A DNA stretch of 64,000 nucleotides, from positions 1 through 64,000 of the forward strand of contig NW_020845620.1 of the NCBI RefSeq assembly GCF_003704095.1, read 5' to 3'. Under the pieces are notes generated by a model. It was not told where the DNA came from. It made no database searches and saw only the letters and a list, made by a program, of their open reading frames with translations. A program made the translations under genes and the position numbers. The stretch is from Pocillopora damicornis. Its lineage: Eukaryota. This document shows positions 53,371 to 64,000 of this stretch, piece by piece. How positions within the stretch are numbered: the stretch's first letter is position 1; each line of letters opens with the position of its first letter.

Positions 53371-54559
53371 TTGTGTTGTAACTCAGACCTACTCGACTAC
53401 TCGATTCGATTGAAAGACTTCATTGTAGAGCGTTTTAAGTTTTCTTTAACTTACCGAAGGACATACCGTGAGGTGCTTGCCTTTGAGCGGTGGTCCTTCT
53501 TTTTCTTATATTATAAATTAGACATTTTTAAGATATTTCGTAAAGCACACATCGATAGACTTCCTGCTCTGTTATCCATAAATAATTTGGCAAGGATTGC
53601 CTAGCAGTACCAAGATTCCAAAACAGATTTATGACACTTGTCGGATTTTTTTGTTTACACAATGTTGTCATCATTACGAATACAATTTGCCGCTTTTTGT
53701 CGTTCCAAAGTTGCCCGAAAGTCGTCCGCCATTACTGAAAATATGTTCTAGCTGAGTCGGCAATCGCATAGCAAAGAAATTCTTCATGACGTCAAAGACT
53801 CAACGATTTCATTTATGTCTCGTTTATTATAACTTGACTCTCGCTGTTTTCTGCATTAAAACTCCCAAATTCCATTTACTAGCTCGATTTCCCTTTATTT
53901 CAATGAAACGTTTAGGATATATAACAAAGAATTGCCCAAACGATCTTTGGTGAATCTGACATTGGTTTTGTTTCGTCAAACGAAGATTTTTCATCGTACG
54001 ACACCGCAAAAGCAGCCCTAGAGCTGGTTGGTGAATTTTTTTTTCTTTCTAAATTAATCTGAATTCATCCGTCTGTGATCAGTGAAATATGTGACCACAA
54101 GTAGTACTTCTAATTTTCTAATTGTCTTTGAAAATTCCTTGTTTCTACTCTATCTAAGTGGCACTCCCTAATGAAATACATTTTCTAAGAGTGTATTCCT
54201 TGATAAAGTTAAGACTATTCGAATTAAACTTAAAGACTAAAGCAAATAGAATGAAACCAAAGGAGGTACCATACATTTATAATATGAAGCAACAATAGAA
54301 ATTATAAGATTCGCGAATGGTAAAGAAAGTAGATCTAGAAACTATTTGTTATTATTACGAACATAATCACGAAATAGAGAAACAACAAGATGAACTAAAT
54401 AAGGGGCACCAGCGAAAAGTTTGCAATCTAGGCATTTACTTGCATTTCCTTGGTCAAAANNNNNNNNNNNNNNNNNNNNNNNNNNNNNNNNNNNNNNNNN
54501 NNNNNNNNNNNNNNNNNNNNNNNNNNNNNNNNNNNNNNNNNNNNNNNNNNNNNNNNNNN

Positions 54560-56380
54560 GGACCCTATACGCTTGCGAAAAGAAGTTACCGGATGAATCC
54601 AGCAATGCAGAAAAAGGAATAAGAAACCACAGCCCCTCCGGGACAATCACGATCTCTGGACCCTCGATAACATCAGCAAAAGTAGAGATTGTCAGCTTGA
54701 ATATTAACTTTAACATTGATTCCAGATTTCCGTGTTCACATTCTCCAGTTTTGTTGGCAGACCTAGATACCTCGCTGTGCCTTGCTGCAGATGGAAACTC
54801 ACCTCCATAGCACTCTGCCAACGATCGATCCTCGCAGTCAACGTTATCAAGCGAATGTAAAATGGTTTTTTGTTAATTCCTCCAGTATATTCTCTAAATT
54901 ATCCCCAGGGGAATCTGTCCAGGCAGACTCATAGAAAGATATTCTTCTGTCTTTCTTCAGGAACCAAATCGATATGGGTCCTAGCTGAGTTGCCAAGTAG
55001 AGCATATCTGCTTGGTGTTCAGTGACAAGCTCTATAATGGCATTCAAATTGAGAGCTCTCGAACCACTGGCATTCTCAGTACCATACTTCGCTGAAAGCA
55101 GGTCCACAAGACCACGGGCTCTTCCTTGTTCTGCGATGCACAGAGCATCATGTTGTTTGCTGAGCTTGATTTGCAAAAAGCAAAGACTTTTGTAGCTTGA
55201 GACATTCTGGTCATCTAGCAACAACTTATGTTCATCTGCAAAGTATGCTCGCATCTCTTCGTGGCAACGTATGCTTTCCGAAAAACACTGGACCGCTTCT
55301 GGTAGATTGTTCCTCTTTACAAGACTTATGCCTAAGCTTTGGTTTACCCAGCGTTCGCCATCTCTTAATCCAAGTTCTTTCATGATTTGGAGTGCCCTTT
55401 TACGATACTCGACTGATTTTTCAATCTGCCCCAATGCGAAATATACAGTACCAATGTTTGAGTAGCAGTCTCCTTCGCCGCAATGATCTCCGGTTGCCTT
55501 ACATATTTGAAGGTCTTTCGTGAAATATTCAATTGATTCTTCGAAGAGACCTTGATAGTAGAGTGCATTACCAATGATACTCAAGGGAGCTCCATGTCAG
55601 AATTCCAGTTCTTCGCCCATTTTGAGACTTCTATTCGCATAGTGAATTGCTTTTCTATACTGACCGAGGTTGTTGTAGGTTTTGCCAAAGGCTAAGTAGC
55701 ACTGATATTTGACTGGCTGGTCTGCCATAGCTGTTTTGATAACACTCGATAGACCTTTCATACTGCATAAATATATTACAAATCTTGGCTTGACTGAGTA
55801 GGATATCTCCTTCTTCTGCTTTGTAACCAAGTGAACGAATTGTTTTGAGGGCTTCTTCGTTATATTTCAAGGCTGTTGCGTAATCTCCACGATGGAGGTA
55901 ATAGCTTGAAAGATTAAGGCAGCTTCTTCCCTCACCTTGTCTGATTCCTTTAAGTCGAAAAATGTTAAGTCCCTTTTCGCAGTACTCGATGGCTTTCTCA
56001 TTTTGGTCTAAAATATGGTAAGCGGCACTCAAATTGGTGTAGGCCATTGCTTCTCCTTCCCAATCATGAAACTTTATGCTAGATAATAAATCCCTTTCTC
56101 GAACTGTTAGAGTGCGAATTATACATTGGATAGGTTTGCGTAAGCGACTCCCTCCATTTCTCGATCTTTAATTTCTTCACTGATCTCAAGAGCCTCCTGT
56201 GCGTATTTTAATGCATCGTCGTACTGGCATAAGTTATAACACAGAGAGGAAATGGCACAAGAAGAAGTTGCCACCTTTTTCTTATCTTTTATTTTCTTCC
56301 TTAATTCCAGGGCTTTCTCGTGAAAAGCTAATGATTCCTTACATTGGCCAAGATAGAAGTGCATTCTACCGATAAATTCA
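54560..56380 (-). pseudogene. Intronless TPR-repeat + CHAT-domain (TTC28-like) pseudogene, gap-bounded
   Basis: TPR repeats (EGVAYANLSNV, EGDCYSNIGTVYFALG), AEQGRARGLVDLL, CEDRSL and IVIVPEGLWFLIPFSALLD, split over five ORFs by stops and frameshifts. Confidence 0.85.
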
Positions 56381-56480
56381 NNNNNNNNNNNNNNNNNNNN
56401 NNNNNNNNNNNNNNNNNNNNNNNNNNNNNNNNNNNNNNNNNNNNNNNNNNNNNNNNNNNNNNNNNNNNNNNNNNNNNNNN

Positions 56481-59400
56481 ATGATACTAAAGCTGATAAC
56501 TCGGATCGGGAGTGCTGGGGTTTCTGCGTAGGAACGATTGGCTCCACTCAGGTACAGTACTGTCCTGCCATCCATATTTTTATAGGAAGCACCATTGTAC
56601 AAACTTCTCAATTCATGAAAATAAGGGAGATACTTTTGTTATCACGCATGTCATACCATGTGGAATCCTCTTTACAAGTAGCTAAATGAAATAATGTTAC
56701 CATTAACTGAAAATATTAAACAGCGTTTCAAGAAAGAAAGCTTAATGATCCTCTCCAGAAAGTATTCACTGTATGAGGAAGTCGAAGGAGATTTTTGAAA
56801 TTCCTGTGAAAAAATGGGGAAATAGCTATGACAAACGCGGCAAAAAAACCGCAATTGTGTGTTGGATGCAATGCATTTTAGAAAATATTGTAGGTCAAAA
56901 CTTTGACCTGTCAAAGCCGCTGTATAACTATGACTATTATGTACTGTTCTCAAAAAAATTAACTCATTGAAACTGGAGATTATCCATAATTGTAAGTAAG
57001 AATTTGAACTTTTCACAACCGTAGTGTTCCAACAAGTTCTTCCCAGCAGAATAAAGCGTTTTTTCACCTTACCTTATATTTGGATCAGACCCATTGAGTG
57101 CCCAATGAAAACGATATCCTTTGAATCCTTGAATTAAAAAATGAATACTGGTATGATTTTTTCACGATTTATCCTACATAAAAGATAATTCGTAAGTTTT
57201 AACAATGTTTATAGAAGTGTTAACAATGTTTATAGAAGTGTGGACTAAATTTAAAACCAACAAAGGTAAGAAGTCTAGAAGGCAAGTAATTGGACGCTTT
57301 GATATAATTCCCGTCTTGTCGTCCGAAGATCAACGAATTACTTGATGTAAACAACATTTGCAGATACTACAGAGCACTAAATGTAGTTGAGCACAAGTGG
57401 GATAACTGTTTAATTTTTAAGCTCATGAACCTTTTTTGAAGAAGCGCTTTCGCACTTCAAAAAGGCAGCGAAAGAAATCCGTAATAAGTCTCACTAGTGG
57501 TATTGCAGGGTCCTACTGAGGCCGAGCTTACGTTGGATATAAACTCTTAATATAACACGCGTTTATCAAAACACCCACCCACGCATAAGAGTCCATCTCC
57601 GATCATATTGTCTTTGCATTTACAAATGTAGCCATCAATAGTGACGCTGCACGTGGCGTTCACGTGACATTTGGCACTTCTGGTGTTACATTCAATGATA
57701 TCTGTAAGTAGGTGGAATCGATACTATCAATCATCCAGACTTCTACCTCCTCGCTTACGCAACTATAGTCATAAATAAGACGAGTGAAGTGCTACGGGTG
57801 GCAAGCGTTTTAAGTGTTTAGAGTTTGAAACGAGCTGAAGCAGCAAAAAACCTGAGATATCACTTATTGAACACTTCGTACTGATTACCAGAAATCATAC
57901 CGTGACACTCTCCGGAATAAGAAACAGCTAAATGTGGGTGGATGCATTGTCAGTTATCTTTGGTTCTGAACACAGTCTCTACAGTTCTTCTAAAAAGCTT
58001 TTACGTAAAGTCTCATTTTGTTTCTGACCAGTACTCTATTGTGAAACTGGGTGACATCGAGTTCATTTTTGAGCACCATCCGCACACGTATAAAGTTTTT
58101 ATAAGAAATATATAATGATCACATAACTTCTATAAGTTAACAATGTTAAAAAAAGTAACAAAATAAAAAGAAAACAAAATATCGGTTTCTTACTTTTGCA
58201 TTTTTTGCCGTCTCCTGAAAATCCAGCTTTACAAGTGCAAGTAAATGAGCCCACAGTGTTGTTGCAGTACGCGTCCGCTGAACAGTCATGCGATCCAGAG
58301 GAACATTCGTCCGTATCTTCAACAAAACAGTGACACCCTACGTTAGCTAACGATTAAACACTAGAGAATAATGCTCTCAGTAAGAATACTATCAAACCAT
58401 TCGCTCGATGTTATTAAGGCATGAAAAAAGGTAAGCGCTAATGGTGAAAGGCGAACACCTGACTCTTTGACCAACCTTTCTCACAATTTATGCTACTGTA
58501 TGTGACCCCCCAGGGGATTTCAGGGAATAAGGTGAACGCACGCAAACGGCATTTTGTGACACGCTCGCACGCTAATGGCATGACACGCTCGCACGCTAAT
58601 GGCATGACACGCTTACCGTGCAGATATGCGCATAAAAACAATTTATTTCAGAAAGTGTGTTGTAGAGCATTGTTCATATCTGGCTAACACGGTAGAGCTT
58701 TGTTTCCATAACATGCTAGATTTTTTTTTTTTTTAAGACGCTAAGTTCCTTTGTTCCCTAACACGCTAGCTTATCTTGAGGAGATGGCGAGGTGGAAGTA
58801 AAGGTTTCAAGCAGTTGGATAGCGGAAAACAAGGCTTTCTTGTGTCCGTTTCATAAAGAAAGTTTGACTCGCCATGTTTTAGTGAGCAGTGGAATCATTT
58901 AGCATAAATACGAAATTTAGAGGAAAGAGGAGGACCCTTATTCACAGGCTTAAGAAAACTAGTTTGTTCAAAACACTTAGATGGCACAATTAGTCTATCA
59001 TTTAACATAAAAACATTATGGTCGGTTAATTGAACAGAGTTTAGCCATTGTTCAACAAAACCACGTTCTTAGTTATTTTGATTTTAGCTAATCCTAGCAT
59101 GTAAACATTGCTAATTATTAAGAGAATAAAGAAGGCATAGGTGACGACAGTCAAAGGAATCTACAACGCTTAAAGTTTGGCAAATAGACTGTCTGTTAAT
59201 AAGAAAAGGGTGTATTAGATATTTCATTATTTTGTACACCCCGTCAGTAGAAAGAAAAAAAAAAGATGACGCTACCACCGCACCACACGGACTGTCGTAC
59301 TTGACGGTTAACGAATTTAACAATATAAATAGCACAGTTTACACTCAAGCCGTTTGCTTTGCATCATACAAGCTCGCTCTTATTATTTTAAAAGCTTGTG

Positions 59401-60219
59401 TTTGCTACCTTCAAAAGTTCATGTACGATTTCAAGAGCAGAGGACTTTGCTCGCTCGGCCCGTGTTTTGCAAGCTGTTTTAAGAAAATGAGGAATTCGAA
59501 AATGAAGGAAAAAACTCAAACACAGTTTGAAATGATGGACAACTAGTCGAGGTATTCGTTTATGTTAGGCAAATTAGTTGCACTGGATACTGAGTATCGT
59601 ATATCGGCCGGGCGCATCGGTGATCTAAAAAGCCTTAAAGCTTAGGACGTACTTCTTGTACAAATCGAAAGCAACTTTAACTTAAAGAAGCGTGTTATAA
59701 AATGGGACGGTCACCGTGTAATATCGTGCAAAGTTGCGATCAAGATCTTAATAAGTTCCTTTGTTTCTACCGTGCGAAGCAAGACAATAGCTGCAAAGTT
59801 GATGAGGCAAGTAACTTACACGCAGCTAAGGTGCTCGTTCTTTTGTTTTAGCGTGCTAGTGTACCGTGAGCGTGCGTTCACCATATTCCCTGAAATCCCG
59901 TGGAGGGTCACATATTACTCAAACATAGCACTTTTGTTTGTCAAATTGCACAACGCTAACAATTAAAAAACTGTTCACTAACATACAAAGAAATGAGTGC
60001 GGGTGGAAAGGTGAAGGCTTTTTCTCAGGTCGTAGATCATTACGTGCAACGCTTTACGTGAAACAGGTGTATAACAAAGGGTGTGTAGCGATAATAATAC
60101 AAACCTCTTTCGCAGCTTTCAGTTCTAGTCCAATAAGCAGGACAAACGCAGCGGAGTTTTCCATCAATAGTTGGTACACAAGAAGCAGCCGGGGGACAAG
60201 GAGAAGTGCCACATAACTT
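56481..60219 (-). CDS. EGF-cbEGF-EGF-LamG gene copy E (partial; 5' exons and 3' end not visible)
   Basis: Phase-compatible exons 60219-60105 ([14 protein letters not shown]...), 58316-58194 ([12 protein letters not shown]...), 57701-57579 (IIECNTRSAKCHVNATC...), 57118-57073, and approx. 56603-56481, which runs into a gap. Confidence 0.8.
58501..59912. mobile_element. Non-autonomous DNA transposon, about 45-bp TIRs (TGTGACCC...GGGTCACA), TA target-site duplication
   Basis: tgtgaccccccaggggatttcagggaataaggtgaacgcacgc is mirrored at approx. 59868-59912. TA on both flanks. Empty site in the paralogous intron near 62549. Confidence 0.85.
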
Positions 60220-61988
60220 CTGTTGAAAACCAAAAAGATAAAAATGGTTTCTAGGTGATATGTCACTGAAATAAATAACCATGTCACATTAACTCCTACC
60301 GGCCGAGAGCAGTTTACGTTTAAACTTTATCCTGTCATCTTATTCAGATAAATGTAGTTTTGAAATAATCCATAAAAAAATCCTTTTTTTTTAATCAATA
60401 GTCATTCAGGTCGTAGTGAAGGTTCACACTAACCTGCAGGGTAGGCGTAATATTGGCAAACGCGTTCTCAGTATTTTTTTAGCGTAAATTATGACCGCCA
60501 TCTTTTATTCTTATGGCAGCGGAAGGCTGAGGAGAGAAAGAAACTTGTACCAGGGGGGTGAGCGACGGTCAAGAATAAAGAGAGGGATGGGGTGGGGGTG
60601 TATATTTTTGCCTTTCCTTTTCTTTGCAGTATACCTACCATGGTTGGATGATNNNNNNNNNNNNNNNNNNNNNNNNNNNNNNNNNNNNNNNNNNNNNNNN
60701 NNNNNNNNNNNNNNNNNNNNNNNNNNNNNNNNNNNNNNNNNNNNNNNNNNNNNNNNNNNNNNNNNNNNNNNNNNNNNNNNNNNNNNNNNNNNNNNNNNNN
60801 NNNNNNNNNNNNNNNNNNNNNNNNNNNNNNNNNNNNNNNNNNNNNNNNNNNNNNNNNNNNNNNNNNNNNNNNNNNNNNNNNNNNNNNNNNNNNNNNNNNN
60901 NNNNNNNNNNNNNNNNNNNNNNNNNNNNNNNNNNNNNNNNNNNNNNNNNNNNNNNNNNNNNNNNNNNNNNNNNNNNNNNNNNNNNNNNNNNNNNNNNNNN
61001 NNNNNNNNNNNNNNNNNNNNNNNNNNNNNNNNNNNNNNNNNNNNNNNNNNNNNNNNNNNNNNNNNNNNNNNNNNNNNNNNNNNNNNNNNNNNNNNNNNNN
61101 NNNNNNNNNNNNNNNNNNNNNNNNNNNNNNNNNNNNNNNNNNNNNNNNNNNNNNNNNNNNNNNNNNNNNNNNNNNNNNNNNNNNNNNNNNNNNNNNNNNN
61201 NNNNNNNNNNNNNNNNNNNNTTAAATCGTTCAATTTTTTGGGGCAACTGTCATGGAATTCTGGTTCGCATGAAGGAAATCTGTTGCCGTCAGCTGCTGTG
61301 AAGGAAAAATCGTCGCGAAGAAAGGTCTTTTGCCCTGCAATAAGGAATTTTNNNNNNNNNNNNNNNNNNNNNNNNNNNNNNNNNNNNNNNNNNNNNNNNN
61401 NNNNNNNNNNNNNNNNNNNNNNNNNNNNNNNNNNNNNNNNNNNNNNNNNNNGAATAATACTTTCCGTTAGATCATTGACTGTTTTTTAAGAAAACATTGT
61501 CGTGAAAGACCTTGCCAAACTAGTTCCGTTGTTTTTCAAATCTTCTTGCGCTTTTTTTTTTCTTACGCGCTCTCTACTTGACAGGTGTCAGGCTTGTAAA
61601 AATAACCACCTATCACCTACCACCTATCACCTTTATCATTACGCATGTGAAAATGTTTCAGCGAAGCATCTCTCTTTAATTTGTATCACCTCTACTTTAA
61701 CTACCATATACTCGCTCAAAAATTGTTCAGTTTAGGTAAGATCTTGCCGTATTTATAGCCCTAAATCATTCGGGTTCTTTAAGAATGTATTTCGTTAAGT
61801 TTTAAAAAAAATAAATATGTTATTTACCGGCTAAGGGTCGGTCTGTATGGTGAAAAACTGTGACCTCGGCCTTTTCAAGACCTCGGTCACAGTTTTCACC
61901 ATACGGACCTCCCTGCCGGCATATAATATATATTAATTTCAGTGAAATATCACTTGGAAATCTTTTTTATCTTTTTCGTTTTCAACAG

Positions 61989-64000
61989 AAGTTATGTGGC
62001 ACATCTCCTTGTCCCCCAGCTGCTTCTTGTGTACCAACTATTCACGGAAAACTCCGCTGCGTTTGTCCTGCTAATTGGACTAGAACTGAAAGCTGTGAAA
62101 GAGGTTTTTATTATTATCGCTATATACCCTTTGTTATGCCTGTTTAACGTAAAGCGTTGCGCGTGATGATCTACGACCTGAGAAAAAGCCTTCACCTTTC
62201 CACCTGCACTCATTTATTTGTATTTTAGTGAACAATTATTTAATTTAGTTATGTGGCACATCTCCTTGTCCCTCAGCTGCTTCTTGTGTACCAACTATTC
62301 ACGGAAAACTCCGCTGCGTTTGTCCTGCTAATTGGACTAGAACTGAAAGCTGTGAAAGAGGTTTTTATTATTATCGCTATATACCCTTTGTTATGCCTGT
62401 TTAACGTAAAGCGTTGCGCGTGATGATCTACGACCTAAGAAAAAGCCTTCACCTTCGCACCTGCACTCATTTCTTTGTATTTTAGTGAACAATTATTTAA
62501 TTCTTCGAGTTGTGCAATTTGACAAACAAAAGTGCGATGTTTTAACAGTATAGTAGCATAGATTGTGGAAATAGTTGGTTGAGCGGTCTGGTTGTCGCCG
62601 TTCACCATTAGCGTAGTACCTTTTTTCATACTAAAATAAGATCGAGAGAATGGTTTGATAGTAGTCCTACTGAGAGCATTATTCTCTACTGTTTAATCTT
62701 TAGTTAACGTAGGGTCTCATTATTTTGTTGAAGATACGGACGAGTGTTCCTCTGGATCGCATGACTGCTCAGCGGACGCGTACTGCAACAACACTGTGGG
62801 CTCATTTATCTGCACTTGTAAAGCTGGATTTTCAGGGGATGGCAAAGAGTGCAAAAGTAAGAAACCAATATTTTGGTTTTTTCTTTAATTTTATAATTTT
62901 TTTTAACATTGTTTACTTTTGGAAGTTATGCTATTGTTATATGTTTCTTATAAAGATCCAATGAACTCTATCTCACCCAGTTTCGCAATGGAGTACTGGT
63001 CAGAAACAAAATGATACTTTACGTGTTTACATGTACACTTTACATGTTATATTAAAAGTTTATATTCACCGTAAGCTCGACCACAGTAGGATCCTGCAAT
63101 ACCACTAGCGAGGTTTATGACAGGATTTCTTTCACCGCCTTTTTGAAGGATGAAAGTTAATAAGAAGCCTCTTCTTCGCAAAAGGTACATGAGCTTAAAA
63201 AATAAAAAGTTATCCAACTTGGGCTCTAGTACATTTAGTGCTCTGTAGTATCTGCAGATGTTGTTTACATCAAGCAGTTCGTCGGACAAGACGGGAATTA
63301 TTTCAAATCGTCCAATTACTTGTCATCTAGACTATTTGTCTTTGTTGGTTTGCTTTAAATTTCGTTCGCATTTCTAGAAACATCTTTAAAACTTAAAGCA
63401 AAAAATGTCTGATGTTTGATAAATCGTGATAAAACCACACCAGTATTCATTTTTTTAATTCCAGGATTTAAAAGATTTCGTTTTCATTGGGCACTTAATG
63501 GGTCTGATCCAAATGTGAGGTAAGATGAAAGAACGCTTTCTTCTGCCAGGAAGAACTTATCGGAACACTATTGTTGTGAATAGTTCAAATTCGACTTTCT
63601 CATACAGCGAATAGTTTCTGGAGAGGATCATCACCTTTCTTGAAACGCTGTTAAATACTTCCAGTTTATGGTGAAATTATTTCAGTAGCTACTTGTAAGG
63701 AGGATTTCACATGGTATACTATGCATGTTAACAAATGTATCTCTCTTAATTTCATGAATTGAAAAGTTTGTACAATAATGCTTCCTATCAAAATACGGAT
63801 GGCAGGAAAGTATTGTACCTGAGTGGAGCCCAGCATTCCTATGCAGAAACCCCAGCACTCCCGATTCGAGCTATCAGCTTCAGTATCATGTGTTGGATAA
63901 AAGTTTTGAGCCTTCCAAGTAATCATCCAGTTAATATCTATTCTGACTGGTCAGCACCACATCAATTCAGAATCTTTATTTCTTCACGTGCACATCATTC
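61989..64000 (+). CDS. EGF-cbEGF-LamG gene copy F (partial, runs off the window)
   Basis: Exons 61989-62103 (duplicated at approx. 62249-62360), 62734-62856, approx. 63465-63519, and 63767 to the window end ([21 protein letters not shown]...). Confidence 0.75.
61990..62503 (+). repeat. Near-perfect 257-bp tandem duplication including the EGF exon
   Basis: agttatgtggcacatctcc... starts at both 61990 and 62247. Confidence 0.9.

Larger units (their letters stand above)
56481..64000. repeat. Second inverted duplication: arms approx. 56481-60290 and 61930-64000
   Basis: Reverse-complement homology through exons and introns of copies E and F. Confidence 0.85.

Noticed and set aside
56119-56611. 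ORFs apparently fusing LamG and TPR sequence
   Set aside because: They are joined only through an N gap; this is a scaffolding artefact, not evidence of a fusion protein.
60491-61489. Long ORFs of 200-330 aa
   Set aside because: Almost entirely X translated from N runs.
1-64000. CRISPR arrays, rRNA or prokaryotic operons
   Set aside because: None seen; spliceosomal introns throughout, and no regularly spaced repeats with unique spacers.

Overview
Eukaryotic, intron-rich, AT-rich sequence with several N gaps. Gene content and repeat families point to a scleractinian coral or similar cnidarian (inference). The left third is housekeeping: an M16-family metallopeptidase (C05D11.1-like, minus strand, runs off the window) head-to-head with PSMB7 (start codons 111 bp apart), which is tail-to-tail with NEK6/7, the same arrangement as human NEK6-PSMB7. 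The right two thirds are a birth-and-death cluster. It holds at least 7 copies (one complete, the rest partial, gap-broken or pseudogenised) of a secreted signal peptide-PAN-EGF-cbEGF(n)-LamG/pentraxin-like gene. Among the young copies, the LamG domain has focal hypervariable patches that diverge more than the neighbouring intron. Interleaved and partly co-duplicated is a family of tiny secreted prepropeptide-like genes largely missed by the ORF track. Also present: two multi-kb inverted duplications, a decayed TPR-CHAT gene, and many mobile elements, including two insertions whose empty sites are visible in paralogous arms and a Penelope-type end with a minimal hammerhead ribozyme. All exon coordinates were read by hand and may be off by a few bases.
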